Shown here: positions 36,023-48,203 of the stretch, in pieces
Position numbering within the stretch: position 1 is the first letter of the stretch
Layout: each line of letters starts with the position of its first letter
Assembly (NCBI GenBank): GCA_965645245.1
Contig: OZ287070.1
Location: 1-64,000 of the forward strand
DNA length: 64,000 nucleotides
Reading direction: 5' to 3'
Source of the DNA: Massalongia carnosa
Taxonomy: Eukaryota
Notes under the pieces: generated by a model
What the model was told of the DNA's origin: nothing
What the model saw: only the letters and a program-made list of their open reading frames with translations
Database searches by the model: none
Translations under genes and position numbers: made by a program

Positions 36023-39000
36023 CTAGCCTGATTCTTGATTATCATCTATTTTTGTTAGATCATCTGGTGGTTTGGGTTTCTGTAGATGTTCTCGATAATA
36101 TTGGAGGATTTTGTCCTTTGAATTCTTGAAGTCGGTCCATGGTTGCCAGTAAGGGTTCGCGTTCCATTCATCCCAATTTCCAATGAAGGTTGCTTTGTAC
36201 TGCACGCCGAACTTTCTTGTTTCGCGGCAGTCTATTATTTCGAGGACTTCCCATTCTTCGTGGGCCTCCTCTTCGTCGTTTTCGGTTATGGCTATGGGCG
36301 GTCCAGGCGGTACGACTTGTCCTGGGAATGGGTTGGAAGGTGCGAGATGTAGCTTCCACGGATGAAAGATGGGGGTAAGCCCGACGTTCTTTAACTGATC
36401 CGGGATCTCTAATTCGTATGCTTTATTGTCAATAATTCTTATTATCTTCCATGGTCCTATGTTCTTGAAGCTTAATGATCTGCTGGGTCTTTCTGAAGCA
36501 AAGTGCTTGGCGTTTACATAAACCATATCCCCGATTTTGTATTCCGGGTGAGGTTGACAGCCTTTGTTTGCGTGTCGTGTTTGCTCTTCCTGAGCCCAGG
36601 CTAATTGATCTCGGATCCAGGTTCGCATGGCTTCTTGCCGTTCTATGATTTTGTCAGCATGCAGTATCTCTACTTTTCCTTTTCCTTCGTATGTGCCTGG
36701 TGGTTCGATGCCACAGCGTGGGTGGAAGCCATGGTCTGCGAAGAATGGAGTCATTCCCGTTGATACATTTACATCATTGTTGGCGGCAAACTCTGCGTCT
36801 GAAAGATAATCCACCCAGTTGTCTTGTGTGTAATTGACGTATGCTCGGAGATAATTATTCATTACCTTGTTGGCGTTTTCGGTTTGACCCTCTGTTTCGG
36901 GATGATGTGCAGATGAGAATTTGATTTTCACCCCGTATCTTTCGCAATCTCTTTTCCATAAGTGAGCGGTTAGTTGACTACCGCGATCGTTTACTGTTGA
37001 TATAGGAAATCCGTAAGAGGAGAATAATCTCCTGGACATCGTATCCATCAGTTCATCAGTAGAGAGAGAGGTTAATGGTTCATATAATCGTCTTTTCGTT
37101 AAACGATCTACTATCACTAATATGTGTTGATAGACTCTGTTTCGTCTTCGGCATTCTGGAAGGAATTCGACGAAGTCCAATAACACGTTCATCCATTTTC
37201 TATTTGAAATAGGAAGAGGATTCAGCAGGCCTTGCTTCTTGTCGTTGTATGCTTTTGATCTTCGGCATACGGAGCAGTTAACTGCGTATCTCTTGCAGTG
37301 ATCCTTCATTTCAAACCAGAAATAATTTTCTCTCATTATCTGATACATACTTTTGTATCCCGGATGGCCCTGTAATAGTGGTTCGTGATGCTTTTTCAGT
37401 AAATGTAGCTGCAATAGCTCGTAATCTGGTACGTATAGTCTTCCTTTGACATACAGCTTGTCGTTTTCTAGTTTGAGGTCCCCCATTGCTAGCTTTATTC
37501 CTCTTTTTATGAGGTTCAATGGGAGTTTCCTCAGTTCCTTCCTCTTTGCTGCTACTATGTCTTGAACTGTTTCGTCTTTTTCGTAAGCTTCTTCAATTAG
37601 TTCCTCCAAAGTCTTCGTTACTGAGCTCTCCGTCTCGTCGATCACTGATGTAGGTTCTGCGTTGGGTTCCTCCGATCCTGTTGTGTCTTCCTCGATGAAT
37701 TCGCTTTGATTATCTTGATTGTTATCGTTGTCGTCGTCGTCGTCCGCTGTGTTTGCGCAGAACACGACTGCTAACGCTTTTCGTATATCGTCATCTAGTT
37801 GATGCTCTTGAAGCAGCGTTTGAAACTGATGTTGCTCTCTGATATCTTCGAATCCTTTCGGGAGATCTTGAGAGCGTCGAGTAAGCGTATCCGGTTTCTC
37901 TCCTTGCTTTCCCGGTCGATACATAATCTTGAAATTAAATTCGGAAAGAAATTCCGCCCATCTGGCTTGCCTTCTGTTTAGCTGCTTCGTGGTCATTAAG
38001 TGCTCTAAATTCTTGTAATCGGTGTATACTTTAACAGGTTTATCAGGAGCAGCACTTGCAACCTCGGGGCGCCAGACTTCGAAGCTCTTTACAATAGCGA
38101 GGAGTTCCTTATCATAAATCATATAGTTACACTCGGCAGGGGTCATCTTCTTGGAAAAATAGGCTACCGGTTTCAGTATTCCATCGTGCATTTGAGAGAG
38201 TACTCCGGCGCTGACGAAATCTGAAGAGTCAGTCTCGACCCATGTTTCCAGGGCCGGATCGTAATGTGCTAAGACGGGAGCGGTGGTGAACGCAATTTTT
38301 AAATCTTCGAAGGCCTTTTGACAATCTTCAGACCATAAGAACGAATCATACTTGGTTCGTTTCTTTCCTGATTTCGTCGTTATTTGTTCGCCCTTTGTTA
38401 ATTCTGTTAACGATCTCGTCCGTTGCGAAAATCTCGATATAAATCGTCGATAAAAATTCGCAAAGCCTAAAAATGCTTGCACGTCTTTTACGGAGCCTGG
38501 GGTCTCCCATTTCAGAATCGCCTCGATTTTCTCCGAGTCCATCTTTATTCCATCGGTGGTAACTATTAATCCAAGATACTTTACTTCCGTCACAGAGAAT
38601 TCGCATTTGTCTATGTCCACTTGCAGTCCTTTCTCCTTCAATCGAGTTAGAACTTTTAACACTTGTTCGGAATGCTCTTTATCCTTTTCGCTATAAATTA
38701 GGACATCGTCCAAGTACGCAGTGCAGAAGACGTCTAAGTATTCTCTGACTGTATCGTTAATGAAGCTCTGAAAGGTTCCCGGAGCGTTGCAAAGACCGAA
38801 TGGCATTACCAGATATTCGAACTGACCATATCTGGTATTGAAAGCCGTTATCCATTCGTGGCCTTCCTTCATTCTCATACGATTGAAAGCGGTAATCACA
38901 TCCAGTTTTGTGAACTTCTTGGCTTGTGATAGTTTTCCCAACGTTTCATTTATCAACGGTATTGGGTACCTGTTCTTGATCGTGATGGAGTTTAAGGCTC

Positions 39001-40060
39001 TATAATCTACACAAAATCTTAAACCACCCCCTGGTTTTCTAACTAAAAGAACGGGGGCTTGTGCGCTTGACGAACTTGGACGGATGAAGCCTTTTCCCAG
39101 ATTCTCGTCGATATATTTTTTAACCGCTTCCAATTCTTGTTCTGACATGGGTTTATAGTTCCTTACGTACGGAGCTTCTTTTCCCGCTTCGAGATTTATC
39201 TGATGATCCTCCTTCCGGTGTTCAGGCAGTTCATCCGCCTTGTGCTTCATGAAAACATCTATTACGCTGTGATAAGCTGCTGGGACTCTCTCCAACAACT
39301 CCTATCGGGTGTATTCCGGTTTTCCCTTCATGAACTTGTCGTAATCTCCTGATGTCACTGCTCCGGTGGTAGTTGCGCAGAAGGCCTTCTTTGTTTCTCG
39401 AGGAATCCATAGATAGCCGTCGTGATCCTTCTTTCTGGCCATTCGAAAGAAGTGTTTTGCGTTGACTGGAAGAACTTCGATGTCTTCCTTAGGCTCGATC
39501 CTATTCTTAACCTTGCTTCCCACAGCGAATTCAGTGCAAGTTATCCCTCGTGTAAGACATCCTTTTTCAAGACAATTTGATGAGTTCAACTTCATCGTTC
39601 TCTCTTTCCAATTGATCATTGGGTTGTGCGTTTGCAGCCATCCATCCCCTAAAATGACTGCATACGCTTCTAGTTTTGCCAAATAACATAAGACTTGCTC
39701 TTCGTGATCTCCGATTTTCACGTCGATCAAGGCGGCCTTCGAGAGGAGCTGTACTACCTCTCCATTTCCCAAAGTAAGTTTCACCTTCTCATCCAATTTG
39801 AAGGTGTTCAATTTGTGTTTACGCACAAAGGATTCGTCAATGAGTTCAGCTTCACTTCCATTATCGATAAGTAAACGGGTTTTAATTCCAGCTATGCTAG
39901 TTTCAAAAACTAAATGCTTGCCCTCGATTTTCTTTTCAGTATCGCGGACAGCACAAGTAGAGACCCTAATCATTTTCGTTTCAGTGTCACCGTTCCCATT
40001 AACAACCTCCTTGTTTGTAAGCCCTTGATCGCGATTTCGATCAAGGACTAGGCTTTTCCC
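36023..40060 (-). pseudogene. pol: Element F pol with one in-frame TAG at 39302-39304
   Basis: IDNG protease ORF 39302-39973 is in frame with the 1091-aa ORF (YLDD, TDSS, GHPG..CSVC, chromodomain-like EWEV..YKA). Confidence 0.93.
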
Positions 40061-41694
40061 GCCTCAGATTCCGCTCCCGAATCTGTTTCTACTGTTCTCA
40101 TGGTGCTCAAATTCTTGTCCCTGTATTGAGGACAAATGGTATCGTTTCCTCGATGTCCTGATCCCCTGCATGCCCAGCATCGGCGTTGACGGGAGAGGGA
40201 CTCGCGCTCGTCGTCCTTCAGCTTCTTTGGGGTTGGGTCTGGATCATACCAGGTGCCTACCCAACCGGCCGGTTTGAATATCGTTGGCATCAGTTTCGCA
40301 TTCGGCCGATCATCAGATTTCTTGGAGCTGGTTTGATTGATGGAGGATGAGGCGGACTTTCCGCCGGAGGACTGGGTTGAGGATTGTCCGCTGGAGAAGT
40401 TGCTTCGTTGGCTGGAATTCTTCGTTGCGGCTGGTTTATCGGGACGAGGAAAGTGGTGCGCCACATCTTTGCGGCGGTCTTCGATTCTTCGTGCTTCGTC
40501 AAGTAAAGGGCGGAAATCAGTAAAGACTGAACCCATAAGAGAGTTGGAGATGCTAGGCTTTAACGTCACGAGGAACTTCCCAATTCGCTCGTCAACGGGA
40601 GTTTTGGCTTTCTGCCATAGCTTGAAGATTCGGTGATAATACTCGCGGACGCTTTCGCCCCCTTTCATGGTGACGGTGAGGAGTTCTTTCTTGGCGTCGC
40701 GACTCTGGAGGTGAATGCCCATATAGTTCTCTATCTCTTCGAATAAAGCGTCGGCCTATATTGAGTCTCCCATATCCACTATCCAAGAGTGCATAGCCCC
40801 GAAGATCGGCGCTTCCATTTGAGACAGCGCGTAACCGACCTTTTCGTTCTCATCGGCGTAGAGGGGTGCGTCTGTCTTCAGTTTATTGCGGACGGAGTAC
40901 GCCCAAGGACTATACTCCTCCGAGTTCTCACCTTTAAGTGGCTTGCTAGGGTTTATACCACGGGGTCGCCAATTCTGGGGGTTGGTGTTGGTGCTTCGGG
41001 TAGTAACGGTATCTTCTCGTTGATGACGTGGTGTTTCCCGTGTTTCCGCTAACTGGCGGACCAGGGAGTCTATGTCTTTCTGTATTCTCTCTTTTGCTAT
41101 AGTCATTGCCTTTAATTCGATATCTCTATGCTATAGTTCTTCTTGCGCGAGAAGGGCCTCTCGTTCGGCATCGTCTTTTTCCGTGATGAGACGTTCATGT
41201 ACTTGTTTGTAACGTCTGTTGCTCTTTTTGACCTCGCCAAGCTTCTCCAGGTCGCCCTGCAAGGAGATGTATTTGTTGAATAGGGTCTTGTCGTATTCAA
41301 GCGCTCTCGCGAGGAAGTCATACCATCGGGGTCCTTCTTTCTCGTCTCGCAAGATGCTCTGCAATTCCTTCAAATTGTGTGCTGCAACGTGGGACAGATG
41401 ATCCGCGGCTTCCTTCTCGTAATATGGATGATCGGAGACATCGATCTTCTGAAAAAGCTTCTTTTCTTTTTCACGTCCTGCTCTTGGGGTTTTTTCCCAC
41501 GTCCCCTCCGTGGTTTCTTTAATCTGTTCGTTCTGAAGTAATTCGGAGTCTTCAAACGTTCCCGGCATGCTGCTATCCGAGCGAGACGAATGATGGGAGA
41601 CGGAACGAGCACGGGTGTTAAATGCTGGGCCGGTCTGGGCCTCTGCGGGAGGGGTTACGGCCTTTCTCGCCGTCATGGGCGTTTTTGAGCTCAT
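40048..41694 (-). pseudogene. gag: Element F gag with two in-frame TAG stops
   Basis: ORFs 41131-41694, 40756-41106 and 40048-40722 share one frame; CWACRGSGHRGNDTIC knuckle. Confidence 0.9.
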
Positions 41695-42438
41695 GACTGG
41701 ATTCTGAAAATGGGATAGCTTGATTCCCTGATTCTAAAAGTTCTGGAAGTTCTGGAATTTGGATCGGTTTGGATTCGCACAAACGATCAGTCTGGAAAGT
41801 TACTGGAACGGGTTTTCACCCTATCTGGAAGAAAGTTGCTGGAACGGGACCTCGTCCCTACTGGAAGTTCTGGAAGAAAGAATACTAATAGGTAGATAAA
41901 TTGTGTAAGGAAGCTGTCGTCGATTCTAATCAACCGCTATTAAACTAAAATTTATCTACAAAAGAAGAAAAGAAACATTGTGCGCGACTCGCTAGAAATA
42001 TCTGCACCGAGTGTCGCGCTAGCCTCGCGTGCTCGCGTGCTCCCCCCTTCCATCTCAGCCTTATGTCAGGCTAGGACCCTGACAGATAGATTAAAGTTTA
42101 TCAGGTTACAATCAAGCCACCAAGTGATAGGTAAAAGTTTACTAGGATACAAGCCGATGATAGATCAAAGTTTATCAGACTACAATCAAGCCACCAAGTG
42201 TTAGATAAATTTTCACTAGGATATGGGCTTGGAGCAAAAAATATTGCTAGGACAATGAGGTGCATGGTGATAAGTAAAAGGAATGCTGCTTGTTTTTCTC
42301 ATAAAGAGAAGTCAACACATAATCCTCCTACTTTATCCCTCACATATTGTATTATAGAACTCTAAGATATAAAAATCAAGGTCTTCATTCACAAGCTTTC
42401 TACTCTTCATTCACAAGATTTCTAGTTCTACTCAAGAC

Positions 42439-43895
42439 GTGATTCAGTTGTTAGAAATAGCGGAAGATTATCCACAATGGGTTTTGCACACCGAGTGCAT
42501 TCTGAAGCAAATGAATTGTATCTTTGCTATTCAAGACAACATTCCCGCTATCACGTATCAGACAGTCAAGCGCAAGTACTTGGAGATGGGCTTCACCGAG
42601 GCGAATCACAAGGATGAACAAATCTTTACCAAAGTCGGAGTTGACGTTGAAAAGCAGAGCCTTCTCATGCTCAAGGCAAAAGGAATCATTCAAATGCGTG
42701 TCGTCCCACAGCTTCACACTCTGATATCAACCCGCACAGCTGGCGATATGTGGAGAATCTTAAAGATCAAGTTTCAGGACATCGCAACCATGAGCATCAC
42801 CGACATTCTCTACAACATGAACTCCAATAAGATGACGAATTATGAGAATGTCACTCAATACTGCGCTGAGTATGAAAAAGCATTGAACTCCATAAAAGTC
42901 ATGATAGATAAGGACTCGGAACTGAACGCAAAGGGAGCAGAACAAGTCCTTCAAGGATACTAGTTACGAAACGTCATCGAGGACTATCTACCCTTATAGC
43001 TCAACTTCGTCGGGATTTGATTAGTGGCAGATCGAACCTCACGACTGCATGCAGATCAATCACCGCTTACTCCATCAGCAGGCCAGAGAGGAAGGCACTC
43101 CACATCAATGCTTCAAGAACTGGCGTTGCCGGAAACAACGGAAATGCACCACCAGGAACTTGCACCTTTCCAGAATGTGTCCGAAGAGGGCGGACTTCCC
43201 ACTTACTAGAGAAATGCTTCCAGAAATACCCAAATCTGAGACGTCAAACATAACCCTTGGAGTCTATGAAGACAAGAGGAACAAGGACCTCTTATTCCAA
43301 AACGGAAACGGTCCCGACATCTACCGTATCAACAGTCCTACCAACTGTGAGCAGTTGACTCACAAAGGTCATGACCGTTAGACTACAGAAGGTCATGACT
43401 ATTACAAGTCTCAGTAGAAGCTCTTAGCTATTCGACAGCGCGGCAGAGATACATGTATGCAATCACAGACCCTCTTTCACTGACTACATTGACTATCCTA
43501 CAGGACTAGTAGGATCAACGTCAACAGGCACATCGCCAGGAAGAGGGACTATTCGAAAAACTTTGACATCAGAGGACGGATCACCTTGTTCAGTTTTGAC
43601 CCTCAACAATGTATATTACGTTCCTGAATGCCCTGTGAGCCTCGTCAGCCTTGGACTACTCAATCAGCATTATATTTTCTATGATAACTCGAACTGAAGA
43701 CTGTTCCTTGAACCTACTAAGAAAATCATATGTTACGTACCTAGCAACTTCATGCTACAAACCATAGACACTCTAGATATGAGGATGCATCTGAACAAGA
43801 TTGACGAGAACACTTATCAAGAAGAAAAAATCGCTATTCATCAAACTTTCATAAAATTCAAGCTCACAACTTGGCATGCACGGCTTGGTCATCTC
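42439..43895 (+). pseudogene. Copia E gag, protease and GAG-pre-integrase, degenerate
   Basis: TAGDMWRILKIKF gag motif; C..C..SH..EKC knuckle remnant; FDSAAEIHVCN protease; LTTWHARLGHL ends at the element G insertion. Confidence 0.85.
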
Positions 43896-44279
43896 TGTCA
43901 TGGAGTGACTGGGCACCTGCCAGTTAGTTCATTGAATCAACCTTAGCTGCTTGAACGAAGCACTAGCCGGTTAGCCGATCCGAAAGGAACTAAGCTTAAT
44001 CCGGTTCAAAGGTAAGTGTTCCGACTATCAATAGTGTCATGGCGATAGTTTCATGCTAGGGACTTGGGGAAATTGGATCAACGGCTGGATTGGGACTAGT
44101 TCCGTTCGCCAGAGTCTTATACTCGCCCACGTTGGATTTTCTGTTTCTTTTCTCCTTGTCGAACGTCTTGTCCACCTAGCTAGACAATCAAGTAACACGT
44201 TTGCACCACCTGAATTCCTACCTGACCTCGCACCGTGACACTACGTTCGACCTGCCTATTCACCTGGTGCATCACCATA

Positions 44280-45434
44280 ATGTCCATCAACCTCGACCCC
44301 CCTATCTCCGTTTCCAACGCCGACGAACTGAGAACTGCCGTGCAGCAACAGCCACAGGCATGGCTCGAGTTCCTTCTTCGCGTCACCAACTTCTCGGCCA
44401 ATGCTCAGGAACTTATCACCACTTTAGAGACCGACAAAGCAACTGCACTATCTTCCCTTGAGCAGGTTAACATCACTCTGTCCGAGAATGCAATCACCAT
44501 GGCCGCTGGACAAGCTGTCATAGACGAACTTCGCACCAATCTGATCGATGCCTCGCAGTCTAAGTCACATCGTTCTACCAAACATCCGGACCCATCTTCC
44601 TTTGGTGGCGATAAGGCAGAACTTCGGGGATGGATGACGCAACTCCGAATAAAGCTGAACATCAACAAGGACCACTATCCCACCGAGCAAAGCAAGCTCG
44701 CTTATGCACTAAGCCGCTTGAAGGAGAGAGCATTGGAACAACTGCAGCCGTACCTGGAAAAATATGGAAATATCGCTCTTGTCGATATGGAAGCGTTTTA
44801 TACAAAATTGCAATTGGCCTTCGGTGACCCCGATAGAAAAGCGACAGCACAAAGGGAACTGCGACAGCTTCGACAAAAGAATAAAGAGTTCTACCTATAC
44901 CTATCAGATTATCAACGTCTCGTTCCAGACACAGGCTTCGATGATGAAGCCAAGCGATCCATTCTCCTAGATGGTCTCAGTGATGAGTTGAAATCTGCTC
45001 TCATCACGGTTGACCTACCCCCGTCGTTGGACGACACCATACAAGTTCTCCAGAAAATTGATAATCGATTCCGTTCCGTCCAGGCCTCAATCCGCAAACC
45101 ATTTTCATATGGTTCATCTCGCTCTTCCTCCGCCCCGTCCACCCCGACTACCAAGACCTCTTCCACCTCCACCTTCAGCACTCCCGCTCCTAGGCCCGCA
45201 ATCACCCCATCCGCAGACACGGACGCCATGGACCTGTCGACCTCCAGGCGTCGCGGTCCCATCACCCCGGCGGAAAGATCACGCCGCATGAACGAAGGCC
45301 TATGCATGTACTGTGGAGGATCAGGACATTTCGCCAATTCCTGCCCAGCCTCCAAGGGAAAACCTAGAGTGAGGACATATGAACTGAGCACGGTGACTTC
45401 GGAAGAGGAGGGAAAAGTTCAGTCTTCGGCCTAA
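44280..45434 (+). CDS. gag: Element G Gag
   Basis: Retrotransposon gag with DAMDLS and CMYCGGSGHFANSC. Confidence 0.92.
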   Translation: MSINLDPPISVSNADELRTAVQQQPQAWLEFLLRVTNFSANAQELITTLETDKATALSSLEQVNITLSENAITMAAGQAVIDELRTNLIDASQSKSHRSTKHPDPSSFGGDKAELRGWMTQLRIKLNINKDHYPTEQSKLAYALSRLKERALEQLQPYLEKYGNIALVDMEAFYTKLQLAFGDPDRKATAQRELRQLRQKNKEFYLYLSDYQRLVPDTGFDDEAKRSILLDGLSDELKSALITVDLPPSLDDTIQVLQKIDNRFRSVQASIRKPFSYGSSRSSSAPSTPTTKTSSTSTFSTPAPRPAITPSADTDAMDLSTSRRRGPITPAERSRRMNEGLCMYCGGSGHFANSCPASKGKPRVRTYELSTVTSEEEGKVQSSA

Positions 45435-46624
45435 GTCGCGGCCGAAGACAAAAAGAAACTATTTCGATTTCGGCATTTTCCTTGTCCAAAGAACCTCTAT
45501 CCGAAGAATATTTGGATGGAAGGCATTTGGTTGTGTCTCTTGTTGTTTCCATAGGAACAATCAGAATCAAGACTTATGCATTGATTGATTGTGGAGCATC
45601 TGGATTTGCCTTTGTTGATTCCTCGTTCGCGCACCATCATCGCATACCCCTCGCCCTCATGAAGAACCCTCGTATTCTTGAACTCGCAGACGGCCGTCCC
45701 GTGTCGTCTGGAAAGCTTACTCACCTCGCCCGTCTGAACCTTGACATCGCCTCGCATTCCGAACCCGCTAACCTTCTCGTCACCAGCCTCGGTCACTATC
45801 CCATCGTTCTCGGCATTAAATGGCTGCAAATTCACGACGTCAGCATACGATGGGCCATGAACTCTCTCACTTTCAACTCACCTTACTGCCGTCAGCACTG
45901 TCTTGACAACTCCGAGTCAAACACGGTCATCGGCATAACCAACGTTCCAGAACTCCGCGCTGAAAAACCCCTCGTAGTTGAAAGCAGCGCTAGTACCGAC
46001 TTGACTGCTGCAATCACCGAAGACCCTAGTCCCGAAGCGGTTAGATTTAACAGGCCCGGCCGGTTAAATCGGCGCGTTAATTCAAAATCGATCGCGATCG
46101 CCGCCTCGCCCATCTTGCCTCCGACCTTGCCCGTTTCGCCTATCTTGCCTTGGACTTCACCCGTCCCGTCCCTGCTCGTTCCGCCGCCGACCCATAAGAA
46201 TCCACCATTGAGCATATGTATGATAGGGGCAGCCCCCTTTACCCGTCTAGCGAAGAAGAAGGAGTGTGAACTCTTTACCGTGAACATGAGAGACATTGAA
46301 CATTCCTTGAACCCTAAGCCGGAAGTTGATCCCGCTACAGTGTTGCCATCGGAATATCATGAATTTCTTGATGTATTTTCCAAGAAAGAAGCTGATAAAC
46401 TTCCGGGGCGACGTAGCCATGATCATAAAATTCCGTTGATGAATGGAAAGGAACCCACGTATGGCCCGTTATATGGCATGAGTCGAGATGAACTGTTAGT
46501 TCTACAGAAGTATCTGACGGAAAACCTGAAGAAGGGTTTTATTCGGTCCAGTTCTTCCCCTGCTGCGTCCCCGGTGTTGTTCGTTAGGAAACCAGGCGGA
46601 GGCCTGCGTTTTTGTGTTGATTAC
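45410..46624 (+). pseudogene. pol: Element G pol, 5' part (protease to the start of RT)
   Basis: IDCGA protease; ends GGLRFCVDY at the Ngaro junction. Confidence 0.93.
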
Positions 46625-46980
46625 CTAGTTCGGCTATGCTGAGAGCTAGTGCGTCGTTAATCGAGACAGCTCCCGCTTTGATTTCGGCACCGCATGGATC
46701 TCTCGGACGGCATAGATGTCTCAGCACCATAAGGATGTCTCAGCACGGCATAGAGATCTTAGCACCGCATCGATCCTTCGGACGACAGTTAGGTTTCGGA
46801 TTTGTGTATGCCTTGCTATGGGCCGCGTTGATGGGGCATACTGGGATGGTAGAGTAGGACAAGGAGAATAGGAAGAAGATATATAAAGAGGAGGTCCCAG
46901 ACGGTATCCCTCATCATCTCACATCTCAAGACAATCAAAAAGCATAGCATTTTGATAGCACTGTTTGCAACGTTTTCTTT
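46625..46980 (+). repeat. Ngaro repeat A1 (356 bp)
   Basis: Direct repeat of 51021-51376. Confidence 0.95.
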
Positions 46981-47048
46981 TCACCCAATTCAAATTTATA
47001 CAACCACTACACTTAAATTTACTCTATTCAAATCCCTCTCCTCCAAAA

Positions 47049-48203
47049 ATGGCCACCCGCATCTCCAACAGAATCACCAAGCCTACCTCCCGCACACAAG
47101 GCAGCACTCTAGCCCGTACTAGAACTAGAGCTAGGGCAAATCTAGCCAACTCCAACCCAGACGTCGAAGTACCCGACTCACAAGACAGCACGGCAACCCT
47201 TCAAAGCCATCCTCAACCTTCTCCTCTTCCATCTTCAGCGTTTAATTCCTCCTCACAAGGGCCTGTTATACCGGAAACCCGTTCTCGCACCCCTGATGAC
47301 ATTATTGAACTTAGAGCACAACGCGAAATGTCCCGCAGGGAAGCCGAGGAAAGAGAAAGAGTAAGTCTTAGGCGGGATATCGAAACCCAACAAGCACGTG
47401 CCCGAGACGTGGTCCCTGGGCCAGTAGCCTCAGCTCAACAGCCTTCCCTATTATTTCCGACATCATTTCCACCGCATCGACCAAACTCATTGTATACAGA
47501 AGGTATGGATCCTCGTTTTGTTTCTCTTATGAACGAATATCCCACTATCAAGCCCATATGGATAAAGCAAATCTCCGAGAATACGTTTGACCCAATCAAC
47601 ATTACCAAGCTATGTACCGACATCGACGGAGTTCAAACCAACTCTAGATACGTCAAACTCGGAGAAGGTCTGGAAATCGCCACGAGAGAAGAAGATGGCT
47701 CCTTAAAAGATATCAAAGGGATAGTTCATTTGATACGATGTCTCGGGGTATATTGGATGATACTACTACACTTTGCACACCCCGGTCTCCAGATAAACCT
47801 GATGAGAGCCTTCATGGCTTATCAGGACCATCTTCTATCATTATACGCCTTCTACACCTGGGACTCGGTTCGCATCTTTCATTTGAATTTCCACAAATCT
47901 CGAGCCTTTCGCGGGATTGACAACCCGGATGGATGGAAAGAAATGGACCATTCCTTGGAAAGGCATCTTGTGCGGAAACCGTCCGCTTACTTTGCAAAAC
48001 CGGACGATAATTCTACGGCTTTCAAAACCTCAGGCGAAAAGATTATCTGTAAGAAATACAACTATGGCAAAGACTGTCCCGTATATTGTAGATTCCAACA
48101 TGTGTGTGAGAAATGTGGAAAGCAACATCGGGCGATGGACTGTACAAATGGAAAAAATCAACCCTCTAACCCAAATTCGATGCCTCTCCCATCAAGGCAA
48201 TGA
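47049..48203 (+). CDS. Ngaro ORF1, gag-like, with a C-terminal Cys/His zinc finger
   Basis: ATG at 47049 (MATRIS); CKKYNYGKDCPVYCRFQHVCEKCGKQHRAMDC. Confidence 0.85.
   Translation: MATRISNRITKPTSRTQGSTLARTRTRARANLANSNPDVEVPDSQDSTATLQSHPQPSPLPSSAFNSSSQGPVIPETRSRTPDDIIELRAQREMSRREAEERERVSLRRDIETQQARARDVVPGPVASAQQPSLLFPTSFPPHRPNSLYTEGMDPRFVSLMNEYPTIKPIWIKQISENTFDPINITKLCTDIDGVQTNSRYVKLGEGLEIATREEDGSLKDIKGIVHLIRCLGVYWMILLHFAHPGLQINLMRAFMAYQDHLLSLYAFYTWDSVRIFHLNFHKSRAFRGIDNPDGWKEMDHSLERHLVRKPSAYFAKPDDNSTAFKTSGEKIICKKYNYGKDCPVYCRFQHVCEKCGKQHRAMDCTNGKNQPSNPNSMPLPSRQ

Larger units (their letters stand above)
35784..42084 (-). mobile_element. Ty3/Gypsy chromovirus F, full length, inactivated by nonsense codons
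   Basis: 181-bp LTRs at 35784-35964 and 41904-42084 (two mismatches seen); TSD GATAG; PPT AGAAGGGGGGA. Confidence 0.97.
35667..42223. repeat. 74-bp tandem array (about 3.4 units) split by element F, probably inside an LTR-like segment beginning TGTTG at 35661
   Basis: Unit CAAGTGATAGATAAAAGTTCACTAGGATAC...AAGCCAC at 35667 and 35741, resuming at 42085-42223. Confidence 0.75.
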
